From Paraspadella gotoi (lineage: Eukaryota; Animalia; Chaetognatha): DNA of 23,254 nt. Position 1 is the stretch's first letter; each line of letters opens with the position of its first letter. The DNA lies in NCBI GenBank assembly GCA_051294375.1, contig CM119268.1, forward strand, positions 6,494,893 through 6,518,146. The letters run 5' to 3'. Shown here one piece after another: positions 11,952 through 22,852 of this stretch. The translations under genes and the position numbers were made by a program. A model generated the notes under the pieces. That model was not told where the DNA came from and ran no database searches. It was given only the letters and a program-made list of their open reading frames with translations.

Positions 11952-12180
11952 CACGAGGCGAGTTACCAGTGGCGACCGTTGGACCCGTTTCAATCGTAAT
12001 CGTCGAACCCGAATTACGCTCCACAGCGAAAGCCACCCTGCACGTTGAAGACACGCTTACGCTGATGGGCCGCCGCGAAAATTATCAGGGCGCTCGAGGA
12101 ATGTCGCCGAACTCACGCTGAGGCTGTAGCTCGTTGTGGGCTAAGCTCCGATACGAGAGTCAGGTTGTCAGATTGAATTT
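9880..12180 (-). pseudogene. Remnant of ORF2: AP-endonuclease domain, linker and possibly the start of reverse transcriptase
   Basis: In order on the minus strand: IQ..NL at ~12161-12180; AHNEL 12127-12141; LIVG 11677-11688; TNR 11557-11565; GLS(L)IN 11501-11516; NGSH 11469-11482; SD ~11310; EP(W)GP ~10690-10706; PGPSEI 10350-10370 (APGPDG-like); WK and KVFE in the mirror arm at ~8735 and ~8886. No motif is complete, and the RT-part spacing looks longer than expected. Confidence 0.4.
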
Positions 12181-12284
12181 CCCGCGGGAGCTCGACGACC
12201 CCTTGGGCCGATTGGGATTCGTCGACGTCATCTCTACGTAGTCTGGTTGAGGAATGAGAGGAGGGGACGATAAAATGGTGCGGG

Positions 12285-12880
12285 TTAGGACGCAGCGTAG
12301 TCGAGTCGTTCAGGGCGAGATGGTTTGCAGCTGATAGAACTGCGTTTGGGCCGATTAAGATCCCGATTCCCTTCTGCTTTCGTCGGGTCATTATACCGTG
12401 CTCTTGCGGCGGATACTGAGCGTAGTGCCTGTCGTACGAGATGCGGTTTACCAACCGATCTTGAACAACACACGTGTCGACAACTCTGAGAATTAAGCCA
12501 CGCGAAATCCGCATCAGGCTGGCGCCAATGTCCAAGGATGTTGCTGAGTGAAAGCGGGCTCGAGGAGCTCCGACAAAAAAACTGCAACGCGCGTGCGGTC
12601 AGTTACCAAAGTCTACCTCTTTTTATCGATGGAAACGGATGACATAATCACAAATGTGCTTGCAATGGAATCATATCCGTGTTTGGCTTCACGCGGAATG
12701 CTATGTTCTCCAGTCCTGTAAGTCGGGCTGACATAATATAGCGGCTGACGATACGTACAGAGAAAATTCGCCTGTAGCCATCCACCACCTCGTCGACGTT
12801 GAGGTTGCGTATGGAAGACGTATATAGCACTCCTGTTAATGGGGTCTTCGATCTGTCGGCTCTTCGGGATAGAGTCATTT
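12285..12880 (-). pseudogene. C-terminal part of a gag-like ORF1 with degenerate triple CCHC zinc knuckles
   Basis: Minus-strand fragments in order: GVLY...NLNVDEVVDG (ORF 12648..12878); VDFG...FVGAPR..FH..LGHW; VCCSR..GKPHL; RYN; SSISCK (ORF 12285..12587). Allowing frameshifts, this fits the R1/Jockey gag pattern PRCFxCxxxGH...CxxCGxxH...CxNC...H...CP. Confidence 0.55.
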
Positions 12881-14422
12881 CGGCCCGTGTGCCAAGAGCT
12901 TTGTTGATATATTCTTCGGATGGCTAAGTTTGGGCAGAGGGTGGTTCAGCCTTGTATCCCGTCTTTGAAGCGGAGTCCTGATATTACCTTCTCTTTCGCC
13001 GCACATAGAGCGAGAATACTCGTCTCTTTATCAAACCTTCTCTCTCCTACTCACGCAAACGGCTCTTCTCCTATCGCTTCACGCAACAAGTACGCCGAAA
13101 AGGGCCGTGACTTCGTTCCCTTGCACGCTTTTCGGCTACCTCGAAGACTCTCTCGGACGCCGTTAAGTTTTTAATCTCTCTGCGCAAGCGCTTAATTTCT
13201 CGCGATCCTATATCGACCGCCGCTTGATGGCAATAAAGGCGGCGTTGAAGTCGACAGGACAAGCTTCACGCAGAGAGTCGGTTTCGCGGCCGAAGCTGTC
13301 TAAGATTGAAGAAATAAAAGAATCGCAATCCGAACTTCAATCTCACCGCAAGTTCGAGAAGGAGTGCGATGACGTCGTTTCCGCCAAGTATCTAAAGACG
13401 GCATCGTGCACGGCGTCCTCGTCGCCAGTCCGGGTGATCCCTAATCGCAATGAAAGCCAGTGTCTGAAGCGCCACCAGGATCCTACGTCCGTCGAAGGCG
13501 TTAGCAAGGGCTTCGATGATGATACGTCGATTTCATCGGAACCTAGAGACCGACGCAGTGTAGACTTCTTCCCAACGACTCACCGAGAACCGTGTGAGGT
13601 TTTTAAGAGCCTTCGACTGCAGCACTTGAGCATGCAGGTGTCCGCATTCGACGCAAGACTTTTAATGTGTTGAACTACAGTTCGGAAGAGGAGAAGGTGG
13701 CGTCCTTTGAATTCTAAAACTGACATTAGGGTTATCGCGCATTCTCTTTAAGACCAGATTCTGAAACTCGGGAATAAATGGCGCAGAAGAGACGATGGCG
13801 CCGGTCATGACCTCCTGGAGATGAATCGCACGACAGTCCGTCCCAGATCAGAACGACGTCGGTTATGGCGATTCTGTTGGCGTACAGCGAACGTCTGACG
13901 AACTGTGCAAGCCAGGACTTGACGATAATGTTCGTCAGTTGTAAGTCTGCCGTTATGGCATTGTTAGAAGTCCTGGGCAAAGGAATTAACCTCAGATACA
14001 TTTACAGTACTAAACTCAGCAATATTATATAAATTTACAAGTGTCTCTTCTTACTTGTTTCCGTGAACGCAATAATATGTAAATAATAGGAGATGCTTCC
14101 ATCATAGGACAAAGTCCGACCAATACCTCAGCGATCCCTACAAAACAACTATAAGAGTTTCGTGATATCTAATAAAAGGAGTTTTCTAAATGTCTGAAAA
14201 ATGAATAAAGCCCAGCTGACAACTTTGTAGATCCTTGAAGACTCACCGGTCCAGCAATGTCTCGGATTAAAACTCTCTAATCCGAAATCTATCGATAACT
14301 CCACGGGGCTACCAGATCAACTGCGAGCTCTTGTACACTGCCTTCCGGTCTCCAATTCTCCTGTACTTATAGTCATAATACAAAATGAAGAGCCTCAAGA
14401 GTGTCGTGCTTTCGATCGCTAT

Positions 14423-14960
14423 ACGGTTTAGCGAATAGAATTTAGGGATAACATTAGGGGAAAAAAATCAGGATTGGTAAGGGAAAAAAATTTCGGCTAA
14501 AGAAAATTACAAGAATCAAAATATAAATACGCAGTTAAAAGCGTCTGAATTATATTGATAGTATAAAAACCAAAACCTTGATAAAGACGTTTGACGTCTA
14601 TGGCCGAGATGGTCGGGATGAGACAGCGAAAGACACGGACAGAAGGATAGATGGACGGACGGACGACTCACTTCGCTGTCGTCGTTCAATTGTGACGCTA
14701 GTCTTAATTTTCACGTCGGGAAATCNNNNNNNNNNNNNNNNNNNNNNNNNNNNNNNNNNNNNNNNNNNNNNNNNNNNNNNNNNNNNNNNNNNNNNNNNNN
14801 NNNNNNNNNNNNNNNNNNNNNNNNNNNNNNNNNNNNNNNNNNNNNNNNNNNNNNNNNNNNNNNNNNNNNNNNNNNNNNNNNNNNNNNNNNNNNNNNNNNN
14901 NNNNNNNNNNNNNNNNNNNNNNNNNNNNNNNNNNNNNNNNNNNNNNNNNNNNNNNNNNNN

Positions 14961-14994
<34 letters not shown>

Positions 14995-15184
14995 GTAGAT
15001 GCAGAGGCGACGTGCAATCAATAAACCAACGAGAAACATGAAAAATCTCACGGAGCGATTAGCGTCGAGGATAAACGAGGATGTAGGGAGAAATCGTCGA
15101 CGGCGAATCCGAACAAAAGGGAAACGGTGGAATCGGAGTTGATACGATAGAGGGCAGTGTGAGCGGAAGGTTAAAAAAAACAAA
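14423..15184 (+). repeat. Direct repeat X, copy 2, with a 235-N gap (14726-14960) and clean (GA)n at 14961-14992
   Basis: Same anchors as 5614-6501. The N gap sits where copy 1 has ~400 bp of garbled GA-rich sequence. Confidence 0.95.
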
Positions 15185-15387
15185 GGGCAATCGCGTGGCA
15201 GAGTAAGTGGACTTGGGACAAAGTAAAATATGGGAAAAAAGCTAGTTTCCGAGATAACTTTATGAATTATGAACCTTATAAACATTTTCTCTTATTTGCG
15301 ATTTAGCCTTTTTCAGAAAAAAAAATTATGAAGTATATTTAATCAGAAATATTTGGCGTCACTACCATCTCCACGGATTCGTGATTT

Positions 15388-15495
15388 GACGACAACAACA
15401 ACGACGACGAACGAGACAACAAAGTCCACGACGACGACGACGACGACGATTCAGACGACGTCGACGAAAACGACCAACAAGTCCAGACGACGTCA
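15388..15495. repeat. (ACG/ACA)n degenerate trinucleotide repeat
   Basis: acgacgacgacgacgacgacg and acaacaacaacg runs; caacaa(a)gtcca(c)gacgacg occurs twice. Confidence 0.85.
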
Positions 15496-16045
15496 GCTGC
15501 TTTTGGCACCGGGAAGAGAAGGAGGGGAAAAGAGAACTAAAGAAGTGAAAGAAAAGAGAAGAAGAGAGAGGGGAAAAAAAAGAAGATATAGAAAAGTCTA
15601 GAGAATAAAAAACTGGGGCTGGAAAACCGGAAGTGAGATTCGAGCGAATTCAGCTTTTTTTTTGTCTCTCATCCATTTGTCCGGCGATCGTCTCCCGCTG
15701 TCCATCTTTTTCCCGCCATTTTTGTCCATTTTTTGGGAGTTTTTTTTTTGGCGATGAGTTTGTTTGTTATTATAAATATTTGGCTCCTTTTTTTAAAAGA
15801 AAATATTTACGTTTAATATTCAAACCTTTTTAAACCATACTTTAGCAAAGTATACATTGTTAGTCACGATAAAAAGCCAAATAAAATTATTTAAACTTTG
15901 GTCACAGACAAAAGTAAAAAAAGCTTCTCAGATAAAAATTGAATCAATATTCTCAAAGACAGACAAGATAGAAACGAAGTGAGGAGAATTACAAGGGGAA
16001 CGAATACAAATACAAAACAGAGTAATACTGTCGTTCAGAAGGGGG

Positions 16046-16080
16046 GGGAGAGAAAGAGAGAGAGCCGAGTGCGAGAGCAC

Positions 16081-16125
<45 letters not shown>
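16046..16125. repeat. (GA)n microsatellite
   Basis: Read directly. Confidence 0.95.
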
Positions 16126-16132
<7 letters not shown>

Positions 16133-16449
16133 GAGCGTTTCGGGTGAATGCGAATGGCATCAGGTGTTTCGAGGCGCGAAGACACACTCGGGGTTTTAAT
16201 GGGAAGGCGATTCGGCGATGGAGGGTAAGTTGAGTGAGGAATGCAGAAAAGTGAGGCTTGGGATGAGGAGAGGGTGACAAAGGAGGGTAAGGGTTGTCTA
16301 TTGTGGTATTTTAAAATACGAAAAGCAGGAAAGGGAGAAAGGAAAGGGAATAGACAGACCTTTGGTAAGTGAAGAGGTAAGAATCTTATCCGGGACCTTT
16401 GCTCGTCCCTCGTAGATCCCTGATGTCCTTTCCCGCTTATTTTCACTTA

Positions 16450-16553
16450 CCCTTCTCTTCTCTCTACTCCCTACTTTTGCTCCCTACTCTCTCTCCTAAC
16501 TTCTATTCCAACCACGTTTTTTCTTACTCTCTCTCTCTCTCTCTCTGCTCTTT

Positions 16554-16590
<37 letters not shown>

Positions 16591-16624
16591 TTCTTCTTCT
16601 CTCTCTCTCCGCTCCTCCTCTCTC

Positions 16625-16668
<44 letters not shown>

Positions 16669-16870
16669 TTTTTTCTTTCTATTCTTCCTTTCCCTCCTCT
16701 AACCTCTCTTTCCTTCTTGTCCCTCATCTCTCTCTCGCTTCTCTCTCTCTCTCTCTCATCTCCTCTCCTGCTCCGTTCTCTCTCTCCTCCCTCCCTCCCC
16801 TCTCTCCCTTCGCCGTCCGTCTCTCTTCTCCCTCCCGTACTCCCGCCCTGCCTATCCTCTTTTTCTGCTC
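16450..16870. repeat. (CT)n-rich pyrimidine tract
   Basis: Read directly. It corresponds to the CT tract at 21580-21850, which precedes the later copy of repeat Y. Confidence 0.9.
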
Positions 16871-18391
16871 CGCCACCGCCTCAGGTCTAGTTTTGCAGTC
16901 TGCGGCGGTTCCTATGGTGATTGTTTCGCATGCGCGGAATATTCGGGTCGTGTACGTCGACCCGTTTGTAGATTGCATTCTTGAGGAAAGACTGACGCAT
17001 CCGAGACTGAGATCAGAAGATCGTACGGGAGGACGACGACTGACGTAAAAAGACGACGTAAGATTAAAGGACGGAAAAGTAAGCAAAGACAGGATCAAGG
17101 ACAAAGACGACTTGCCTGAAGACTTATGAAAAACAATGTCAATAAAAAAGTGACAAAGACAAATAGGAAAGACGACGCACGATGGGCGAAGACAATTATG
17201 ACCGAAAATAGAGACGGAACAGCGACAAAGTATGACGAGTGCTATATGATTCGACAGGTCACGTACGACGAGGTATCATGAAACGAGCCTCTTCGATGGG
17301 AAATGACATTTGGATAAAACACGAATAATGTTTTAATCCCAATACAATGGAAAAATAAGAATTTAATTGAAAGGGCTAAATAACGACTATAAACTATTAT
17401 TACGGGTTGGAGAACTTGCGACGAATAAAAGTCATTCATGAAACCGAAAACAATAACAATTTATTCGACACGAAAAGACGAACTTCAGAGCAAACCAAAC
17501 ATGGATGAAGATGTTGACTGTCTAAATTAAATTAAAATAAAGGAGAAACATTGCGATTATCGACGTATCAATCGAGAAGCGAGGACGGAATACAACAGTA
17601 ACGAATTGTAAAGTTTACGAAAAATTGAGGAAGTACGACGAATAATCTTTGAGGAAGAACGAAGAGAACAACTGTACGAGAACGAGAAAACAACGACGAT
17701 ACGACGAAACAATGAGGAAGTTACGACCGGAACAATGAGGAAGACGAAAAAACAACGACCGATTGACAGACGAAACAATCGGTAAGACGATGACGACCGA
17801 AACAATGAGGGAAGACGGACAAACAACATGACGACGAAACAATGACGAAAGGAACATAAAGCGGAAAGACGAATGAGGATTTTGTTTAAATAAAAAAAGG
17901 TCGACGGAGGCGTAAAACATCGCAATAGGACAAAACAGAAAATAACAAAAATAGCATAAACGCGATTCATGGTTTGAATTTGAGAAACCGAGAAGAGAAA
18001 TAAAAAACGTCGAAGGAAGACATAATTATACGACGACGAAAGTTTTTTTCTATCTTTTTTCGATAATATTCATCTTATTTTTAAACAATTCTAATCGCTA
18101 ACAGAAAAATTAACTGAATAAGGTTATCATAGGGATATGATCAATATGAAATTGGTACACCAATATAAAAAATTATCCATTCATTTAATTAAATAAGTCT
18201 ATCTTTGCCCTGACTTTTGGACATGCGCTTTGTTATTCACTAAATCAACTAGTTTTAAGACATTCTTTCCCTTTGATTAAGATCCCGGCTCGTTTATTCA
18301 TTACATTTTTTTCCTTTTGAGACGTTTTTAAACCTTTATTCCCCTCATATGAGTTTTAGTAAATTAACGTCGTAACTTACAGCATTTCACT
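16870..18391 (+). repeat. Repeat unit Y, copy 1
   Basis: Direct match to ~21860-23254: aatgtcaataaaaaag, gaaacgagcctcttcgatggga, caaaccaaacatggatgaagatgttgact, cattgcgattatcgacgtatcaatcgagaag, ttattcactaaatcaactagtttt, ccctcatatgagtt. Confidence 0.95.
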
Positions 18392-18401
18392 TTAGAACGC
18401 G

Positions 18402-18690
18402 CTCTTCATCTCTTTCTCATCTCTCCTCTCACTCCTAAGTCTCCTCTCTCTTCCTCTCTCTCTCTCTCTCATTCTTTCCTCTTCTCTCTCTATCTCTGTC
18501 TCTCTCTCTCTCTCCTCTCTTCTCTCTCCCTCCTCCTCTCTTCCACACTCTCGTCTCTCCTCTCTTCCTCTCTCCCCTCCCTCTCTTCTCTTCTTCTCTT
18601 GCCTGTCCTGTTCCCCCCTTGGCCTCTCTCTCTCTCTCTATCCCTCATCTCTCTCTCTCCCCCTCCTCCACCCCTCTTTCTCTACTCCCC
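18402..18690. repeat. (CT)n-rich pyrimidine tract
   Basis: Read directly. Confidence 0.9.
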
Positions 18691-19627
18691 ACATTCACAC
18701 TCGTCCGCTCGTGCTCCCCCTCGTGCGCCCAACGCTAGGGTGGGGCAAGCGTCAACGGGGGATCGGCGCGTGACTTCCGGTGGAGATCGCGAGAGAGACG
18801 GCCCGCGTGGTTTTCGAGGGGCGAGAGGTGATGGGCGATGGAACCGGAGGTCGGAGGTGGAAGGTGGGAGGGGCGGGGCGCCGCGGGGTAACGAAGTCGA
18901 GTTTGGGTCGTAAGACGGGGTGGGAGGGAGAGGGGGAATAGGGGGAGGAGAGTTTAGACGAGGGGGTGCGGGGGGGAGAAGGAGAGAAAAAGGAAAAGTG
19001 GTGGATGGAAGCGGGTGGGTGAGAAGAAAGGGGAAAGGGAAAAAAGACGATAATTACGCACAATTTTTTTTTTCAAGTTTCGAATTATATTTTGTAGTTC
19101 AACTTAACAAACCTTTTGGAATAAATAAAAGGGTTCGAACTCCGCCGCCAGTTTTATCTTTACTGTCGTAACGTATAATTGTTCAAAAATGCAACGAATA
19201 TAGTAAAAATACCACGCTTTCGTTGAAAACTGATGTCAAGTTTAGCGCTACAATTTTAACATTCTCGTCATCTACTTTCGGGTCCCTCTCCCGTTTGGCT
19301 TCGATCGCTGCATCGAGGGAGAGAAAACTGTGAGCTCTATAATCTCGCTTTCTACACGGTGAAACAGCGAACCACATAACCTTTTTTTTTTTTGCTCAGA
19401 TGTTTGTGAGAAACTTTTTTTAGAAGGATTGGTTGGAGTTTTTTTAGTACTATTTCACAAACTAAATCGTATGTTTTAAACCTTTGAATGTATATAAACT
19501 TTTCAAAATTTTACATGCTCATTGCTCAACTAATCAGAGACGCTAAAACGACCGTGTAAATTACGCAAATACTCATTCCATAACAGAACTACGCATTACC
19601 CTCCTAGTTTTTCCTCCCTTCCTCCTC

Positions 19628-19652
19628 NNNNNNNNNNNNNNNNNNNNNNNNN
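19628..19652. other. 25-N gap
   Basis: Exactly 25 N. The reverse-complement copy of Y starts just after it. Confidence 0.95.
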
Positions 19653-21506
19653 GTACATATGAATTGTTTAAAATTAATACCGAAACATTCGCTCAATTTG
19701 ATTAACCCTCCGGAAAAGCAAGAAAAAACATCTTCTGTCCGTCTCGTAATAAATTCTTCTCGCGCGATCTTTTTTATTTTTCATCTTCTACCGGCTTTTT
19801 CTTGCAGATCCTCAATACCCATGAGAGGTCTCCGTTATTGGTAATTTTTGTCCATTTTTCTTTTTTGTTATATCGATAGTTTTTTTCGCCTCCGTCGCGC
19901 CTTTTTTTTTTCACAAATCCTCCATTCGTCTATTCCGCTTTTGATCCTCGCTCATTCGTCTTCCGTACGTCCGTATGACGAGATATATTGTCACGATCTT
20001 CTCTCGATAGTTTCATCGTCACCAACCAACCCCACCAGTCACTTCCACGAATACACGATATACTGCTACTTCGAGTCCCAACGGTACCAAGATCACACGT
20101 ACACGCTCGACATCTGTTTATTTTCGTCCTTCCTCAATTTCGTTCGATCAGTCTTACCTCATTTGTTTCGTCCGTTATCGTTCGTTGTTTCGAATCGCTT
20201 TCGTCCGTTGTTTCTTCCGTCACACTTCCTCTGAATTGCTTTTCGTCGCTGTACTACCTTCCTCAACATCACTTTTCGTCTTCACGTCGTCGCTATGGCT
20301 ACTTCACGTCACGCCTTCGCTTTCCACTTGATAACGATCGACTCGTTCAATCGTAATCTTTCTTCCTTTATTTTTTTAATTCGCTCAGAACATCTTCATG
20401 CCATGTTTTGGGTTTGCTCATGAAGTCGTCTTTCTCGGTTCGTAATATAAAATTATCCGTTATGTGTTCTTTTCGCGTCGGACTCCATGACAGTGAGTTT
20501 AATCGCTCAGCTCCGTTTTACCAACGAATAACAAATAATTATGCACAGTCGTTATTTGTAGTTGTCACATTTACAATTTCTCTATTTATTATAAGCTTCT
20601 GGCGGTATACACAACATTAAATTCGTAGTTCTTTCATCAATAGTCTATTACAATACTAAGACTCGCGCTTTCTGCTTCCGTCGGTTTATCGTCTAACCGT
20701 CGTAACATTGCACTCCGCATCGTACTTCTGCTCCCTGTACCTCAATTCTTTATTATTATCGTCAGCTTAATTGTCTTCGCCCATCGTCGGTCGTCGTTTC
20801 CATTTTGTTACTTTGTCAGCATTAGATTTATATCGCACATTGTTTCTCACTAAGTCTCAACATCGTCGTTCGTTCTAAGCTGTCCTTGCTGTCACCTGTC
20901 TTGTAACTTTTTCCGCTGCCCCTTTAGCAATCCTCCTCTGTCGTCTTCTATTACCGCGTCGTCGCTCGTCGTCGTCTTACTTTCTTCCGTCGTCGCTCGT
21001 TCGTCGCAATTCAGTCTCTCGAACAAGATCAACACGTACCGACCCGGCATATTCCGCACGACCATATGCCGCCTTACCATGACCTCGTATCACAGCGAAT
21101 CTCAAACTACTGCTGTTTTGGCCCACACGCGTCCGCCGGCCCAAGGAGTAGGGCGGATAGAGCCGAAAGATGACGGAAGGCACTGGACCCATCGCATGAG
21201 ACAACAAATGAGTACGAAGAGAAGCACAGAGAGAGACCGAGATAGAGAGAGATGAAGAGAGAGAGAAGCAAGCAGACCAGAGAGAGACCGCATCAGACAA
21301 GCCAGCCGAGGAAAGAGAGAACGGACAAAAAACGACGGGAAACGATGAGTGTAGAAGAGCGCCGACGAAGGAAAAAAGTAGAAAAAAGAAAGAAAAAGCG
21401 CCAAGAAGCAGAAGAACGATGGCACTCGATGCATTGAGGAGCACCCGCTACGAGAGCGAAAGAAGTGAGCTAACATAATAGAAGAAGAGAACGACAGAAG
21501 ATGAGA

Positions 21507-21577
21507 ATCTGCTCTAACTTCTGTACCCAGTTCACTCCTCACGAACGCACAGTGTTCGTAGGTTGAAGACTGAGAAT
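21507..21577 (+). other. Insertion-riddled SMRTbell adapter-like sequence at the second fold axis
   Basis: atctgctctaacttc...ttcactcctcacg...tgttcgtaggttgaagactgagaat follows the order of ATCTCTCTCTTTTCCTCCTCCTCCGTTGTTGTTGTTGAGAGAGAT with many inserted bases, at the GA-to-CT switch. Confidence 0.6.
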
Positions 21578-22639
21578 TTCAGTCTCTACTCTTACCGATC
21601 AAATCCTCAACGTCTCTCTACACGCATCTCTCTAACTCTACCATACGCTCTCTCTCATCTCTCCTTTTTACTTTCTATCTATTGTTCTTCTCCCTCCTCT
21701 AACTCTACTTCTCCCTTCGTTATGGTACGCCGTCTCTCTCTCAGCCTTCATTCTCAATCTCTCGTCTCTACTCTCTCTGCCTCTCTTTCTCTCTCTCTCT
21801 CTTCCTCGTCTCTCTCTCTCTACTCTCCTCTCTCTCTACTCCCTCATATACCAACCCTCTCCGCCGGTACGAAACGCCACAACGGAGTAGTTCGCAGGCT
21901 CTGCGGACGCCGCGTCCAATAGAGGCCGCAATGCTAGCGGACCAATAATACGAGGCGGAAACGTGACGTGGAAATGAGGAACAGAGAGACGACGACGGGA
22001 CCGGACACGAAGAGAAGAGACGACGACGACGCCACCCGAACCGAAAAAGTTACGCATTGAAACGGATTAATCAGGGATGCGGAACAAAGTACAAGACAAC
22101 AAGGCACCAAGACAAAGACGACGACACTGAAGACTATTGAAAAACAAATGTCAATAAAAAAGGACAAAGACAAATAGGAAAACGACGAATGCACGATGGG
22201 CGAAAGACAATTATTGACGTAAAATAGGACGGACAGCGGACATAAGTATGACGAGTTGCATATGATCGACGTCACGACTTCGACGACGGTTATTCATCGA
22301 AACGAGCCTCTTCGATGGGAGAACATGACATTTGGATAAAAACACGAATAATGTTTTAACCCAATACAATGAAAAATAAGAATTAATTGAAAGCTAAATA
22401 ACGACTATAATATTATTACGTTGGAAACTTGCACGCAGATAAAAACGTCTTCATAAACCGCAAAAACAATAACAATTTATTCGAACGAGAAAGACGAACT
22501 TCAGACAAACCAAACATGGATGAAGATGTTGACTCTGAATTAAAAAATAAAGGAAGAAAACATTGCGATTATCGACGTATCAATCGAGAAGGAGGACGAA
22601 TACAACAGTAACGAATGTTAATGACGAAATAATTGAGGA

Positions 22640-22852
22640 GAAGACGACGAACAATGAACGAAGAGAACAACTTTGACGACGAAGAAAACAACGACGAGAA
22701 CGACGAAACAACGACGATAACGACGAAACAATGAGGAAGACGACGGAACAATGAGGAAGACGAAAAAACAACGACGATGACGACGAAACAACGACGATGA
22801 CGACGAAACAATGAGGAAGACGACAAAACAACGACGACGAAACAATGACGAG
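22640..22852 (+). repeat. Internal subrepeat array of unit Y (two interleaved ~18-20 bp motifs); equivalent array at ~17630-17850
   Basis: Recurrent acgacgaaacaatgaggaag and acaacgacgatgacgacgaa. Confidence 0.9.

Larger units (their letters stand above)
9523..14000 (-). mobile_element. Frameshift-riddled non-LTR retrotransposon (R1/Jockey/I-type: gag-like ORF1 plus APE-RT ORF2), cut at the adapter; boundaries approximate
   Basis: Higher-complexity block with CCHC-knuckle remnants at ~12320-12620, followed in the expected order by APE-like and pre-RT motif remnants. Motifs were reconstructed by eye across indels. Confidence 0.55.

Noticed and set aside
13224-13673. 149 aa plus-strand ORF as a gene
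   Set aside because: It has no recognisable motif and lies antisense to the inferred gag region in indel-rich sequence.
5614-15184. Full-length LTR retrotransposon with X as LTRs
   Set aside because: I could not identify TG...CA termini, a PBS or protease/integrase motifs. The interior is partly an adapter-centred palindrome, and the gag is followed by APE-like remnants typical of LINEs.
15390-15405. acaacaacaacg as another SMRTbell adapter
   Set aside because: It continues as acgacg and not gaggagg, and no fold symmetry surrounds it; it is part of a trinucleotide repeat.
15928-17104. Long Leu/Ser- or Arg/Glu-rich ORFs here, at 887-1995, 5911-6354 and across the N gaps
   Set aside because: They are stop-free reading of (CT)n/(GA)n tracts or of N runs.
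18700-19020. GC-rich stretch as a promoter or rRNA/tRNA fragment
   Set aside because: No rRNA or tRNA signature is recognisable. ACTTCCGG and GGGGCGGGG-like motifs are present, but there is no associated gene and the sequence is noisy.
19040-19140. Third partial copy of repeat X (gataattacgca...gaattatatt...aaacctt)
   Set aside because: The similarity to ~5707 and ~14525 is short and AT-rich, and I could not extend it by eye.
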